Assembly: GCF_009914755.1 (NCBI RefSeq)
Contig: NC_060937.1
Direction: 5' to 3' (one strand)
Source: the human T2T-CHM13v2.0 reference genome, Homo sapiens
Length of the DNA stretch: 64,000 nucleotides
Below, one piece after another: positions 14,515 to 28,809 of this stretch. Positions within the stretch are counted from its first letter, which is position 1; every line of letters begins with the position of its first letter. A program made the position numbers and the translations under genes. A model generated the notes under the pieces. That model made no database searches and was not told the origin of the DNA. It saw only the letters and a list, made by a program, of their open reading frames with translations.

Positions 14515-15300
14515 ACATATATGATAGAATGTTATTTCAGCCTTGAAAAAGAAGGAAACCCTGCCATTTGTGACAATATGAATGAATCCAGAGACATTAA
14601 GTAAAACAAGCCAGACACTGCAAGACAAATACTGCGTGAATTTATTTGGATGTAGACTCTTTAAAAATTAAACTCATAGAAACAGAATAGAAGGGTCCTA
14701 GGGGTGAGGGGAGTAAAGAATGAGGAGACTTTGGTTAAAGGGTACAAATATGTAGTCATAAAATGAGTAAGTTCGGACACCTAATGTACAGCTTTATTAC
14801 TATACTTAATAATGTACACTTGAAGTTTGCTGAAAGTAGATCTTTTTTTTTTTTGAAATGGAATCTCGCTCTGTCACCAAGGCTGGAGTGCAGTGGCATG
14901 ATCTTGGCTCACTGCAACCTCCGCCTCCTGGGTTCAAAGTGATTCTCCTGCCTCAGCCTCCCAAGTAGCTGTGTTTACAGGCATGCGCCACCATGCCCAG
15001 CTAATTTTTTTTTAAAGTAGAGATGGGGTTTTGCCACATTGGCCAGGCTGGTCTCAAACTCCTGACCTCAGGTGATCTGCCCACCTCAACTTCCCAAAGT
15101 GCAGAGATTACAGGCGTGAGCCACTGTGCCAAGCAGATCTTATGTATTCTTATCAGAAAAAAGATAACAATGTAAGTGATAAATTAATTCGATTGAATGC
15201 AGCTATCCTTCATTTCACAATGTGTATGTATTTCAAAATATCATTCTGCATATCTTGACTATAATTTTTATTTGATTGTACCTCAAAAAAGATGAAAAAT
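14515..15300 (+). mobile_element. L1MA/MB 3' end split by Alu
   Basis: ttatttcagccttgaaaaagaaggaaaccctgccatttgtgacaa...ggttaaagggtacaaa...atgagtaagttc. Confidence 0.8.
14843..15134 (-). mobile_element. AluSx-like
   Basis: Reverse dimeric Alu with ctcctgacctcaggtgatc; TSD agatctt. Confidence 0.95.
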
Positions 15301-17009
15301 ATTTTTAAAATACTCATCTATATTGTGGTTCATCTATCCCATCTGCTTTGTCAGTAGTAGGATAGAAAATATTTTGCAAACCCCAATTATTACCACCCAG
15401 CTCACTTTTCCCGCTTCTTTCATCCAACTGGCTGGACTTAGGATTCCATGACAGTAGAGAATTTCCAACCTCAGAATTTACTGGTCAGCTTACACTAGTG
15501 ATTCAATAAGATCATAGAAACAAGGCTCTCCAACACAGAGACAATCCCCGTGGTGTTTAATATTATGTGTTTGCAACATATCTAGTTTTTCATACATTGC
15601 TATTTTAGATCATTTTCTCCTTAGTCAAATGGAGGAAATTTATGAAAGAAGGTAAATGTGGGTTGGAAACCTTATCTCTTTCAACCTCAAAGAGGTTGTC
15701 ATAGGATCTTTCATCCTCCTAAGACAATACTACCTTCCATTCTTTCCTTTCCTCCTGCCAAATTTGACTTGGAGATCCGGCTAGATTTTGATGACTTAAG
15801 TCTATTCCATCATATAAGGAAAATAATGTTAAGAAAACATTTATGTTAAGAATGTGGTAAATCACACTGCAGAAGCTAAGACCCTGAGGTTTACCTGGGT
15901 AATTACTTTGTGGCACCAATGGAAACCAAGACCTTTTGTCCCAAAGTATGTCAAGTCTTTGCCTCTGTGTACCTGGGTGTGGTAATGTTCTCTCCTACAA
16001 GTGGCTTTGATGGGTTCCTGTGTTAGCATTGTTCACGCTTACTCTGAATGGCAGGCACACACTTATCAAATGACTTACCTTTATTAATTCTAATGATATG
16101 CTACTGTCTAAGGCAGTTCTTATTCCCTCCAAATGTGGAGACGCACAGCAGCTTAAATTCAGCCACAGAATTTTCCAAAACCTGCTAATTAGCTTCAGCC
16201 TTGGCCTTGGCCTTCAGAAGGCCAAACAGTCAAATGCAAACTTCAGCATCACTTCTGAAATTCCTAAATTTGCAGCTTATCAATTTTCTTGTGAATGTTT
16301 GGTTGTCATCATAGTTACCCTGTCTAACAACGTCTAATAACTTCTTGTTTGCATTCGTTATAGCCTTCATTATACCTGGATCAGTGATGATTTTCATGGC
16401 TGTTGTACATACTTTTAAAGATTTTTTTCTCCTTTTAAATCTTGAGTTGACAGTCTGCTTTTAATTATTCCTTGCAAATATGAATAATTCCTTAAAAGGA
16501 TTTTTTGAAATGCTTAAGCCTTAAATAAAAGCAAAAATTAATGTTTTTAAAAGTTATTTTGTTTTCATTTTTAGTGTTAACTCCCTAAAAATTTCACGAA
16601 GTTTAGAATTATATCTACTCTCTATTGTTGTAATGTATTTCTATAAACATATGTCTAACTGCATATTCTTTCTAAAGGCATTGAGTTAAAATACTCTTCA
16701 TATGTTAATAACCATCAATCTGTTACCCTATTTAGCTATTTAAGAATTCTCACTTATTCTGTATAAAACAACTTTTTAATTCATCTTTAATTATTACTCA
16801 TTTGTCTTCAAATATTTGATAACATTTTGACACATAAGGCACATGAAAATATTATGTTGCTCTAGGTCATATTTAATGTGCATACCTATATTTGAAAATG
16901 AGGTCCTATACTAAAAATTACTCCAAAAGCATGCCTTGCTCATGTCACTGACTTTTTGTGTTGACAAGATATGGTAGCAATCTACCTTATTAAAAGCACA
17001 TAAGCTGGG

Positions 17010-17295
17010 ATGCCGGAAATGAAGTAAACCTTAAGTTATTTGGTTTTCCAAGGGTTAAAACGGAAGCCTCAGAGGATATGTGAACCGAACACTGTGGCCC
17101 ACGTTGCCCAGTGGTGCACTTAGGAGATCGAAGGGAAATCCCATTTCCTAGCACGGTCAGCAGGCCAGTGTAACAAGACACACAGGATTGAAAACCGCAG
17201 CTTTAGGATTGGTTAGATACCTTTCCCAAAGATTCTCTTCATATTCTAGCTCTCAGGCAACCGTGGCTTCAGGCTTTGACAAATATATAAAACTG
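17010..17295 (+). promoter_or_regulatory. Candidate promoter/enhancer motif cluster
   Basis: CCGGAAAT 17013, CGGAAG 17061, GGGAAATCCC 17133-17142, AACCGCA 17193, reverse CCAAT near 17208, TATAAAA 17286; 8 CpGs in about 250 bp of non-repeat DNA. Confidence 0.4.
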
Positions 17296-17686
17296 TATTC
17301 ATGTGAAAGGTAATTCCTTTGTAGTAGCTATTTTACTGCACCTTCCACATTCGTAGGTAGGCTCACTCCCCTCTCATGGTTGTTTACATAAAATGTACAA
17401 GCTGAAACTGTAGATGAAGAAAAACCCTTCTTTGACACGCTCAGGTTTCCAAGTGTCAGTTTTTTACATGGTCACGGTACCAAAATTTGTCTCTACTGTT
17501 AAATAATTCACGAACTCATCTGGGCCTGAGAAAAATAATTGATTCAGTGGAATTCTTCCTTATCATTCACCCACACCCACACCCACTGCCCACTCCCTTC
17601 CTGCTGCCGAGAAGTGCCCTTCCAGACATCTGGGCTCAGCACTTTCACCAAATCCCTTCCAGTCTCTTCCTCACAACCGTTATTAT

Positions 17687-18030
17687 CATGATAAGAACAC
17701 TTAACATGAGATCTCAACAAAATTTTCAGTGTATAATGAGTATCTATAGGCTAACTATAGGCACAATGCTGTACAACAGGTCTCTAGATTGTCTTGCATA
17801 ACTGACACTTTAAGCCCCTTGAACAGCAACTTCCCATTTCCCCTTCCCCCAACTCCTGCAACCACCTACTCTCTGCTTTTCTCTGTGTTTGGCTATTTTG
17901 GATAACTCTTGAATCCTGCAGTATTTGCCCTTCAGTGATTAGTCTAACATAATGTTGCTCACAGCTCACCTGTATTGTTGCAAAGCGCAGGATTCCCTTT
18001 TTTGGGGCTGGATAATGTTCCATTTATATA
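17687..18030 (-). mobile_element. L1MA9/MB-like 3' end
   Basis: ataagaacacttaacatgagatct...actataggcacaatgctgtacaacaggtctctaga...caggattccctttttt. Confidence 0.8.
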
Positions 18031-21000
18031 CAACCCTTTATCCTTGTTTATTTCCCCAAATCCCTGCCCCTCCTCTCATGTAAGGGGAAAGAGAGAGCAG
18101 GGATATATGTTCTGAGTATACTACCCCACTCTCTGGACATGTTTTTATTTTATGGAGAAAGTCTGATCCTAAAGAAGTTATAACAATAGCAAGTCTATCC
18201 TAGCTGTATATTACTGAAAGGGTTGATAATGGAAGGATATATTTTTTGAACAAGAGACCTTTCCTACATCTTTCAGATCATCCCACAGATCTGAATGTTA
18301 GCTTTTCAATTGTAGAGGGTCAGGTATGGCTTCTCCAATACCTCCAGCCTTGCTAGGGGCCCCTTCTCCATGTTCTCATAGCATCCTGGCCATGTCCCAA
18401 TCAGAGTACTTGCTAAATCATACATATTTCTATTTGTATGTTGATTTTCCCCAGGTCCAAGTAACATGGCCAAGAATCATAACCAATAGATGATAGAGAT
18501 GGGATTTGAATCTGGGCCTTTCTGATATCAGAGCCTATGATCTCTTGATTTTTACATTGTAACTTATTTGAAAATATATATGAAAAGTGTGTCAAATTAT
18601 CTGGAATCACTACTTCTGGGATAACAAATCCTATTACTTATTATGTTAGTGTCCTTCTTTTAGGTGAATTAGTATTATCATTTGTTTGGTTTGCTTAGGT
18701 CCAATATGTCTTAAAATGTATGTAAACAGTAGCTATTAATGTGCTTTTCATAGTTATATGTACTATATAGAGACAATATGGGGATATGAAATTTGCAAAG
18801 TCATAAAGATTAAGGAGAAATGTATACCATATAAAAATGTCATCAACACAGTCTTGGCATGCAATCAGTGCTCAATAAATGTGGGAAAACTCCTGTACGA
18901 GAAGCAACAAGGTTATACTTGAAGGTACATCAAGCTCTGCTGTTAACTTAGCTATCTCACTTTTCTTCTAGTTGTATCTGCTCTTCTGTAAAATGAGGAC
19001 ATTGGTCTTATTATTTGAAACTGTGGTGTTGAGTAGTTTGCTGCTGGCCCTGAACTACAAATCAAGCACACTTGCATAACCTTCCTGGAAAAAGAACATA
19101 TTTCTTTGGAATAGCCCAACAGTAGAACTACAGAAAGAAATATTTTGCTTACTCAACATATCAGTTTATATAAAATAAGAAGATCCTCAGAAAACACTAA
19201 AACTTAATAAAGTCTTTTAAATGCCTCAGTGAAAATAATACGTGAATGTAAAAACCCTGAAAGCAAAGCATAAACTTCCTTTGATATCTGTCCGCCCTAG
19301 AAAAAGGTGATGGATTATTATGCATTTGCTTGTTTGGAATTCCATTTATATTCTATTCCGTGCTACAAGATTTAGAACATCATGAAAATGTTGTGGCTAT
19401 TGGTAGGTTGGGGAAAGGGAGAAGAGACATAATAAAGTTAATCCTTGAATTAAATGAAAAAATATGAAAGGAAGATGAAACAAATTTCAGAATACAATGA
19501 AAACAGATATCTTCCAAGGAAAAAGAGTATATCACGTAGGTAACTGCAAGCTTAATAGGTAAAGAGATAAACGTATAGATTTGCCACACTGCCAAAGCTT
19601 ACAACTGAACAAATACCAGAGCCTCATTCTGCAGATTTAAATATATAACTACTTCAGAGTCCTACTAACTAAATTCAAACATATAATTGTGTAAGTGTCT
19701 ATTGTAAGCAGTTTTGCAAACTCTCAAATATGTTCAGAAAAAAATTGCTACACTCAGCTGTGGCTAAGAAAACAATCAAAAGACATTCAATAGCATTTCT
19801 CAAGTGATAAGGAAATATTCAACTATGGTTTATTCTAATTTAGACCAGCATCCAGTGAAACCTACATCTTGCAATTTTTAAGTATTAAAACCTATTTTTA
19901 TTAAAAACATCAGAAAGTATTGAGCGTTCTTAAGTATTCCCAGCTGGATGCATTATGTGTACTGAATTCGTTATTCACTGTAATAGTACCAGGTGGTCCT
20001 ATAGGCTTAATGAGGATTTGATTATAAATACAAAGAAAAAAATTACAATGGGAATGTATTCTGGATACCTTTCTAACTTATCTCAATGTGCTAACTTTTA
20101 GCTAAACCTGCAACTATATTCCTAACAGAGACCAGGCTGAAATAGCAGGGCTTGTCAGCATCAACTGGACACAACTGTGTTGGAATTTCACTTTTGCCCC
20201 ACTTTCCTAGGCAGTATCCTGATGTAAGTGGAGAAGTTACAGAGATTATGCCCAGAGATGAGTGCTAATAAACAGACAGGGCAGGCTACTTTCAAATAGT
20301 TCCAGACAGGTTGTTATGCCATCGAATAAAGTTTTTAAGATAACTTGGAAGGGAGAGAGGCTAGAACAGGAACTAGAAAGATTCTTTTGCAGCTGATGTT
20401 TGGGAAAGGAGAGCTAATGGAATCAAATGTGACATATGCTTAATAAACTGCTGTCTTGCCAAAGTGACTGGGCACCCTAGGAGGTAATCCTCTTTGAATT
20501 AGACTAGAAAAACATTTGACCAGCTGTTATCACTTAAATAAATTTTGATTAAAAAATATGCAGGGAAAAACATTGTAGACCAGTGACCTTCCATTCTCCC
20601 CTTATCGTCTCTATTTTTTCTTTTTTGCTAGCAATGGCCCCCAACTGCTATATAAGGAGATGAAGCCTCCTTTGTTCTCTTGAGTACTTTTATGAGTTAG
20701 GTATGCAAGTTTAGGGGAGGAGAGGCATTTGAGACCTACTCTGAAATAAGCAGGAAAATAATTTTGAACTCTGGTTGATGAAGGATAAAAGAGATGCAGA
20801 AAAATAGACTCTGAGTGAAAGGTTCTTAAAATTACCAGAAATCGTAAGGCATGGATTTAGCAAGGGTCTTATAAAAGAATATTTAGCTATCAGGAGCATG
20901 AAAGGATTTAATTTGCATCTAGGTTACATATGAAAATAAGCAATGGAGTATATGGGGTCTGAACACAATATTGAAATTTAAGGTCAATTAGATTTAATTG

Positions 21001-21722
21001 TGGTGAAATGTCATTGACTCTTTGGTCTAGAAGAAATTCATGAAGTCATTTAGTCCATTCCCCAGATTATAACTTGGACATATTCAAACTATTACAAGCA
21101 AACAATATTCCTTCATGCACTGCCTTATATAAGAACCCATTGCCTCTTTCAGCAATTTCCCTTAGCTGCCATAGTTCAGGGCAATATTTACTGAAGATCT
21201 ACATAACTGAGTGATGCTCTAGTGCTTACAGATGTACCCGCCATCTAAAAATCAACAGAACTTGTCAGATTTAATGAATTAATCCTTTTTCCCCAGTAGT
21301 ATTTTAATAATTTAGCAATAAGATTAATAGAAAGTATTGCTGAAACTACAGCTAAATGTGTTTCCAACAAGGAATCAGCAATTATATCAGGACTTTCAAA
21401 TGCCCTTTCTCTTTACCTGAACTATAAATTCAAATTTGCTTTCGCCTAACATGAAGAAATATTTTATGGAAATATACTGGCCGAAAAGTAACTTGTCAGG
21501 GTCATTGGCAGTTAATTGGACTAGAGCCGCTGTCAATTAAAACGGGTCTGCCATGCTTTACTAAACCAAAACAGCAAAGAGGCTTACAAACAATTCAGCA
21601 CATCATTAAAACTCAGTGACTATCAGGCTTGGAAGTAGCTTTAATAAATAAGAAGACAAGGCCAAGATGAGTGTCTGAAAGATATTTCAAACAAGAGAAT
21701 TCCATTTAGCCATCACAGTTAG

Positions 21723-21920
<198 letters not shown>

Positions 21921-22044
21921 TGACTAAAATGCAGGCCAGTTTTTAAAAGGAGAGAACATAAAGGAACTAGATAATCTAAGAACTCAGGGTGCATCTGTTG
22001 AAAAGTGCAACATTTACCATAATACTGAAATAGCCTGTTTGTTG

Positions 22045-22372
22045 CTGTTTTTTGTTTTGTTTTTTTGGGACACGGTGTCGCTCTGTGACCTAGGCTGGAG
22101 TGCAGTGGTGCCATCTCAGCTCACTGCAAGCTCTGCCTCCCAGGTTCAAGTGATTCCGGTGCCTCAGCTTCCTGAGTAGCTGGGATTACAGGCAAGTGCC
22201 ACCATGCCTAGCTAATTTTTCTTTTTTCTTTTTTTTTTTTTTTTTTCTTTTTAGTAGAGACGGGGTTTCGACATGTTGGCCAAGCTGTTCTCGAAATCCT
22301 GACCTCAAATGATCCGCCTGCCTCAGCCTCCCAAAGTGCTGGGATTACAGGCGGGAGCCACGGTGTCCAGCC
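22045..22372 (-). mobile_element. AluS
   Basis: Reverse dimeric Alu with long central T-run; TSD tgtttgttg. Confidence 0.95.
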
Positions 22373-23144
22373 TGTTTGTTGGTTTTAAAAAATGCTTATT
22401 TTTTTAATCACAACCAGAGCCATAGGTGCTACATCAGAAACAGTACACTTTTCATAGCTCTCAAATCTCTCTCATTCATCAAAGGTGAAACAAATCACAA
22501 AGTTTGCTTACAAATAGCATTCATAAAATAAATATGCTATACTTAAATAACCAACTTTAATAATTAGAATTTTTAAAATTATTTTGTTTATTCACATATT
22601 ACTGGGAATCGTCATATTCTGACTGAATGCTAATATACATTTTTAAGTATTTTTCTTCCTGTGGATTTGCACAGACCACACACCACAGAATAAAGACCTT
22701 TATTGCCTCTAAAAGCTTTTGCAGTAACAGTCCATTCAGATGATCCTATTAATTTTGTTATGAAAGCACTGATAAAATACAAAGTGATTTTGGAATGTTA
22801 CGGAGTTCATCAGGTGAAAATAGAAAATAATAATAATAATTAGCCTGCTTTTTAAATGACTCCAAGCAGATAACCACTGGCACAATGCCACATATTTCTC
22901 CAACTGGGTTTAGATTCTAGCCTTGCACTGATCACCCTGGCCCTTTCAGGGAGGAATCCTCCCAACTAAGTCCAAGGATAGAAATGACCCATACAGGTGT
23001 TTCCAATGGAATCGACAGAGCACCAATCAAAAAGAGACGCTATCAGAAAACTCAGTACAATTTAATTCATTTAGAAAGTTCTTCTTAGATAATAATAACT
23101 TAATAAAAATTATTTATTTATGCCAGAAAGTGGTCTCATATATT

Positions 23145-23516
23145 CTATTAATCTATTTTCATACTGCTATAAAGAACTACCTAAGACTGAGTAATTTATG
23201 AAGAAAAGAGGTTTAACTCACAGTTCCACAGGCTTACAGGAAGCATGACCTGGGGGTTCTCAGGAAACTTACAATCATAGCAAAACGCAAAGGGGAAGCC
23301 AGAAATGTCCTCTCATAGTGGCAGGAGAGACAGGGGCAAAGTGCCACAAACTTTTAAACCATCAGATCTCTTGAAGACTCACTATCCCAAGAGCAGCAAG
23401 GGGGAAGTCCGCCCCATGATTCAATCACCTCCCACCAGGCCCCTCCCCTGACACGTGGAGATTACAATTCGAGATGAGATTTGGCCCACCTGAGGACACA
23501 GAGCCAAACCACCTCA
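23145..23516 (-). mobile_element. THE1D-like MaLR solo LTR
   Basis: actgctataaagaactacctaagactg...caggaaacttacaatcat...gattacaattcgagatgagatttgg...gacacagagccaaacca. Confidence 0.9.
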
Positions 23517-24831
23517 TATATCTTAGACTACTGAATCATGGTGGATTTTGTTGATGCTGGTGCTGTTATCTTATCCTGAACTGTGTATATTAGTTTGATC
23601 AATTTCTAATTGATTGTGCTCCTCTCTCCTGGAAAAGCCCTATTTGGAAGCTGATAATTCTGTTTGCTTCCAGGGAATGGTTTCAGTTTTTCTTTTTTGT
23701 TTGTCTTGGTTGGGTTTGATTTTGGCTTTGTTTACTTCTGTTTTTGGCTTACTTTATAATCCTCAGGTTTTCTGGTGTGCTAGTGGCTTTGTGCCTTAAA
23801 ACACAGTCTAATCTGAGAAAAATTCTATGAAGTAGCCATGAAAAGCCAAGAAGAGGAAATTAGGACCCAAACTGCCTTTCTTTTTAGCTTCAGAAGATAA
23901 CGAGTTTCCTTGTGTGTAAATAAATGCCCTCTACGACTGATGCAGGCAGGAGATTAATTGTTTTGCCTAGAAGTGTATCATTGTCAAGGAAAGATTCAAA
24001 CTCAAGATTTTTAATCTTGTTTTAGTTTAGCAAATCATTTATAATCAACAAACATTTCTTAAACCTAAAATACTAGACACCAGACTACATAGAAGATAAA
24101 TCCCTTGCCTTAAACAGCATATCCCCTAGTTGAAGAGACAGAACATCAAGGGAAATAATAGGCACATGGTGCATGGTAAAATGAAAAGGCCTGGGGTTAG
24201 GGTTAGTCAGAAGAGTGACATTAACTACAATCACTTTATCTTTCCATCTCTGGTTACATCTGTGAAACAAACACATTTATATTTGCCCTACCTTCCTCCA
24301 CGGGTACATTAAGGCTCAAACCACAAGAATGTGAAATGCCCAAGCAAATTAAGTTATTGTAATGATTTCATTTAAAAATTGATACTGAAGAATCAGTATT
24401 TTACTATCCTATTTTAAATGTGAGAAGTACCAAAAATTCTATATTTAACTTCTTTATTCTACAAAAATTAGGATCTTGAAAATCATCCTAATGGCTAGCA
24501 AGGAAAACCTATTTCTTGGTACTGTTTCCTCAGTGATGTCAATATGATACATCTCCAAAGGAGGAGAGAACTCAATTACTTGTAACACCGGGCCCTGAAG
24601 ATGTTCTTACGCCATCAGAGTTGTTTGCATAATTTTGGAATATCCACTCCCCTGTCCCCCCGCAAAAAAAAAACTCCGTTTTCAAATTCAGAAGATGTAT
24701 CTGGTGAGCCTAAGGGGAATTTTACTTCCTTTGTTAGTGATTGATTCGGTAATGGTCAAAGAAAAGTACAAAGATGTTTTCATGAGGGTTCCCACTCCCC
24801 GTGTTTAAGAGAAAGCTGCAAAATGGAATAA

Positions 24832-25214
24832 TATCTTAGTCAGTTTAGGCTGCTATAACAAAATATCCTAAACTGGGTGGCTTATAAACAACAGAAGTAT
24901 ATTTCTTACAATTCTGGAGGCTGGAAGTCCCAGTTTTAGGGTGCCAGCATGGTCAGTTTCTGATGAGGTTTCTCTTCCGGGTTCCAGACTGCTGACTTCT
25001 CATTTTATCCTCACATGGTGGAGAGCAGAGAAGGGAAATAAGCTCTCTTGTGACTCTTATAAGGGCACTAATCCCATTTATGAGGGCTCCACCATTATGA
25101 CCTTATCTAATCCTACTAACCTCTCAAAGGCCCAACTCCTAATGCTATCACACTGGGGAATAGGGTTTTAACATGAATTCTGGGGAGACACAAACATTCA
25201 GTCCACAAATAGCA
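24832..25214 (-). mobile_element. MLT1A0-like LTR
   Basis: tcttagtcagtttaggctgctataacaaaata...tctggaggctggaagtcc...ttataagggcactaatccc...gacacaaacattcagtcca. Confidence 0.9.
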
Positions 25215-25239
25215 TCCCTTGTTCTTCTGGGTTTTGTCA

Positions 25240-25492
25240 TATGTAGAAACTGCTATGACCATGTTACTACCTATGCATGAAGCTGACACTAAGAATTGGA
25301 GATCACAGATGGAAAGAACCTGGATCTCTATTACATCATGGAACTGTGGACTCACAGTTACCCTTAAGGGAGGTAACCAATGCCCTACCATTGATCTTCC
25401 TGTTACATGAGAAAAAAAACTTCCTTAGTGTTTGAGCCAGTTTGAACCAGAATTTCTGTTACTTTTAGATGAAAGCAGTCAACTAATATACA
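25240..25492 (+). mobile_element. Old MLT1 (J/K-like) LTR 3' part
   Basis: cagatggaaagaacctgg...cttcctgttacatgagaaaa...tttctgttactt...aactaatataca. Confidence 0.6.
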
Positions 25493-25494
25493 TA

Positions 25495-25680
25495 TCATGA
25501 TAACATTTATTTAGCTCTTAATGTGAAGAAGTCCCCCATGCTAAATACTTCATAGGTTATTTTATTTTATCCTCAAAACATTATCACTCAGAGATGACGA
25601 AACCAAGGCCCAAAAGATTGAATGACTCGTCCAAAATCACACAAAGCCAGTTGTGGAACCCAGGCAGGCTGCCTCCTTCA
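25495..25680 (-). mobile_element. MIR
   Basis: ataacatttatttagctc...agatgacgaaaccaaggccca...tgactcgtccaaaatcacac...gaacccaggc. Confidence 0.65.
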
Positions 25681-25785
25681 ACACCCATAATTTTTTTAAC
25701 AAAACATTATCTTTTATCATATTTGATTAATCCCTTATTAGAACTATGCAGAAAGAAACTTCTCTTTTAAAAATGCACTTGATGA

Positions 25786-26147
<362 letters not shown>

Positions 26148-28697
26148 TTATTTCACAAGTATGACTAGCCAAAAGTTTGTTTAGAGATCCTACTTATCTC
26201 AGACTCTCACGAGCTTCCCCAAAGATGAGAGAAATTATAGAACTAATTCGGTAGAGAAGCCAATGAATGTGTAATTTTTAATGAATAAGCTGTAGTTAAT
26301 ATTAATTTACAATTTTTAAATGGAACTAGAAATACTTCTATAATAGCACAGAACCTCTGAAGCCCCTAATCAGAAAGCAGGAGTCTTATACCTGTTTTGT
26401 TGTAAAGGAGACAGAAAAGATCAAACAATATGTGAATTTTTCCTCTTGAAGGGGCAGCTGGTCTGACTCAACTGTGTTGATGATCAGGTACTTGGCTAGG
26501 ATCAAGACTGGATACTTTCGGCTTGGATGAAAAACAGAAGAAGCTGTGACTACTCAGAGCCAGGGGGACAGCCAGACCAAAAATTGTTGGGGAAAAAAGG
26601 AAGCTCAAAGGCCAAAAGATAGAAGCCAAGTGTCAAATCCAAGAACAAAAGGCAAGAATCAATGCAAGGATCAAAAAGCCCCGTGACCTTGATGTCAAAA
26701 TTCGAGCTGATCAGAGCCAACCCAGCAGGAAATGGGTTTCTAGAAGAACTGTCTCAGATATGTCTGGGCCTTCATGATCCCCTGTAAGGACCAGCAGGTA
26801 TATGATACCTGGGAAGATGACAATGGCTTCCAAGACTGAGGTTGGGCAGACCACCAAAGATCCCAAAATAAAAGCAAAGGTTTAAATTTAAATAACTAGC
26901 ATGGCAAGAAGCAAAGTACTCATTGCATTATGAAAATCTGAAAGTAGAATTTCTCTTGGTGCAGCAAAGGATCTCTAGTAAGAAATAACATGAGAAAACA
27001 TAGGTGTTATGATCGTTATAAAGGTTGATGATTCTTAAGTACATTCGAGGATGCTAAAGTTCTAACAATGTTCAGGTGCAGGGATCAAGTGTCTTTTACA
27101 TAATCCTTCCACCAGAAGACATCAAGTTTAACTGAAATTCAAATCTGAACAATAGGACAACCATCTGGAAAATAACGCTGCAAAACTACTACACAGCAAG
27201 TAAGTCAATCTGCAAAGCTGCAATGAAGTAAAACCGACTGAAGAGTATGTTATGTACTGTAGGCTATACCAATCTGTGCATGTGAATAACTGTCAATATC
27301 CCAACCTAAAATAATTTTAATGATGGGAATAAACATTAAATATTTACCAGCTGGTGCACCACTAGATCAATGGGCTCATCTCCCTCCCCTGAGTACACAC
27401 AATAATAAATGAATAGACTTGGGCTTCCAACAGCAAGAAAAAGATTGCCTCAAAATTGGAAATCAATGATACCACTATGGTTACATCAATAGGTGAAGCG
27501 ATAAATGGAGGCTGCTGTCATTTAAAAAAATATATTGTAATAACAGAGAAAAAAAAGCTAAAGGGAAGTTTTTCTTATGTTTGCTTTATTTACTTTCTAA
27601 TTTTCAAAATGAATTTTGACAGAAGTCCTTGGCCATTTGTACTTTTTAAAAGAACATGTTGTTCCAAACTAACAATGTCTCCTAATATGAAATCCAGTTT
27701 CTGTCAATCTGTCCATAAAAATATTTTAGGTTTAGATTTTTCAGTTTATGTCTGGTGCTAAGAAAATGTATGACAATTAAACCGATTGAGAGGGAACAGG
27801 AGATGGGGTTACAGGACATAGTGTCATAGGAACAAGTAAAATAAAAACACGTTTTAAAATGTTAAAATTTAATCTCTATTTTATTCTATTAAATTTTGTG
27901 CCTTATAAGATATGCTGAACCAAGTGTTCCCAAGTTATGACTTACCATGGAAAATTCTGATGTGAATGTTTTCTCTTAGAAATAAAGATATTGAGCTGTA
28001 AGAGTTGATATAACTATTGTCTTTTAAGTTTATTTGAGCAAATGGTTGATAGTAAGAGCTCCACTAAAATACCGAGTTGGTTCATTTACACTTCCCTTCA
28101 ACCTACTCAGTGAGGGACTGTCAGCCTTCCAGCAGCATGATGATAACACCTCCATGGCTGTTATCCTCTTCATCCTAGTCAAGTGGCACTGTGACAAAAC
28201 CTAAGAAATACCTGATAGGATATGCTGGCACTTCAGCCAGAAATTTTTCCCCTGACTACTGCATTCTTACTATCTGAATCAAAAAATTGGAACAAGTCAA
28301 CTCTAAGGATGAGACAACAATAACAGATGGCATCAAGGGGACACTTGGGTTGAATCAGAAAATATGTCTCCCTTTTGAGAAAAGAATTGGCACTAATCAA
28401 AGGGAAATATAAATTACAATTTGGTACAAGCAAGGAGTCCTAGGAAGTAGAAGCCATTTCAGAGCCCTAAAAATACTTTATTTCTTCAGTTGCTATTTTG
28501 AAAATTGCTTTTCCCTGTATAATATTCAGTAGGATTCAGATAATTTGAAAGGAGCAAAAAGCCTTGTTAGCTCTTTTCTATATCATAAAATCCATTCTTT
28601 GTCATTTTACATATTCATCGCTGTATTTTCTTGGGTGTAATATTTTTTTAAATGGTGTCTGAAAAGTGAAATTATTTTTCACAAAAAGAATGTATCT

Positions 28698-28809
28698 GTT
28701 ATGATTTTCCTGGTAATGATTTTTGCACATTATCTATCATGGTCTAGAAGTTTCCATTATTGATTTCTGAGGATTTTTTTTTATAATAAAGAAAATGAAC
28801 CTGAAAAAA
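28698..28809 (+). other. Short retroposed (TPRT) insert: orphan transduction or truncated RNA 3' end
   Basis: 15-bp direct repeat aaaaagaatgtatct at 28683-28697 and 28810-28824; AATAAA 28785-28790; A-run from 28804. Confidence 0.7.
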
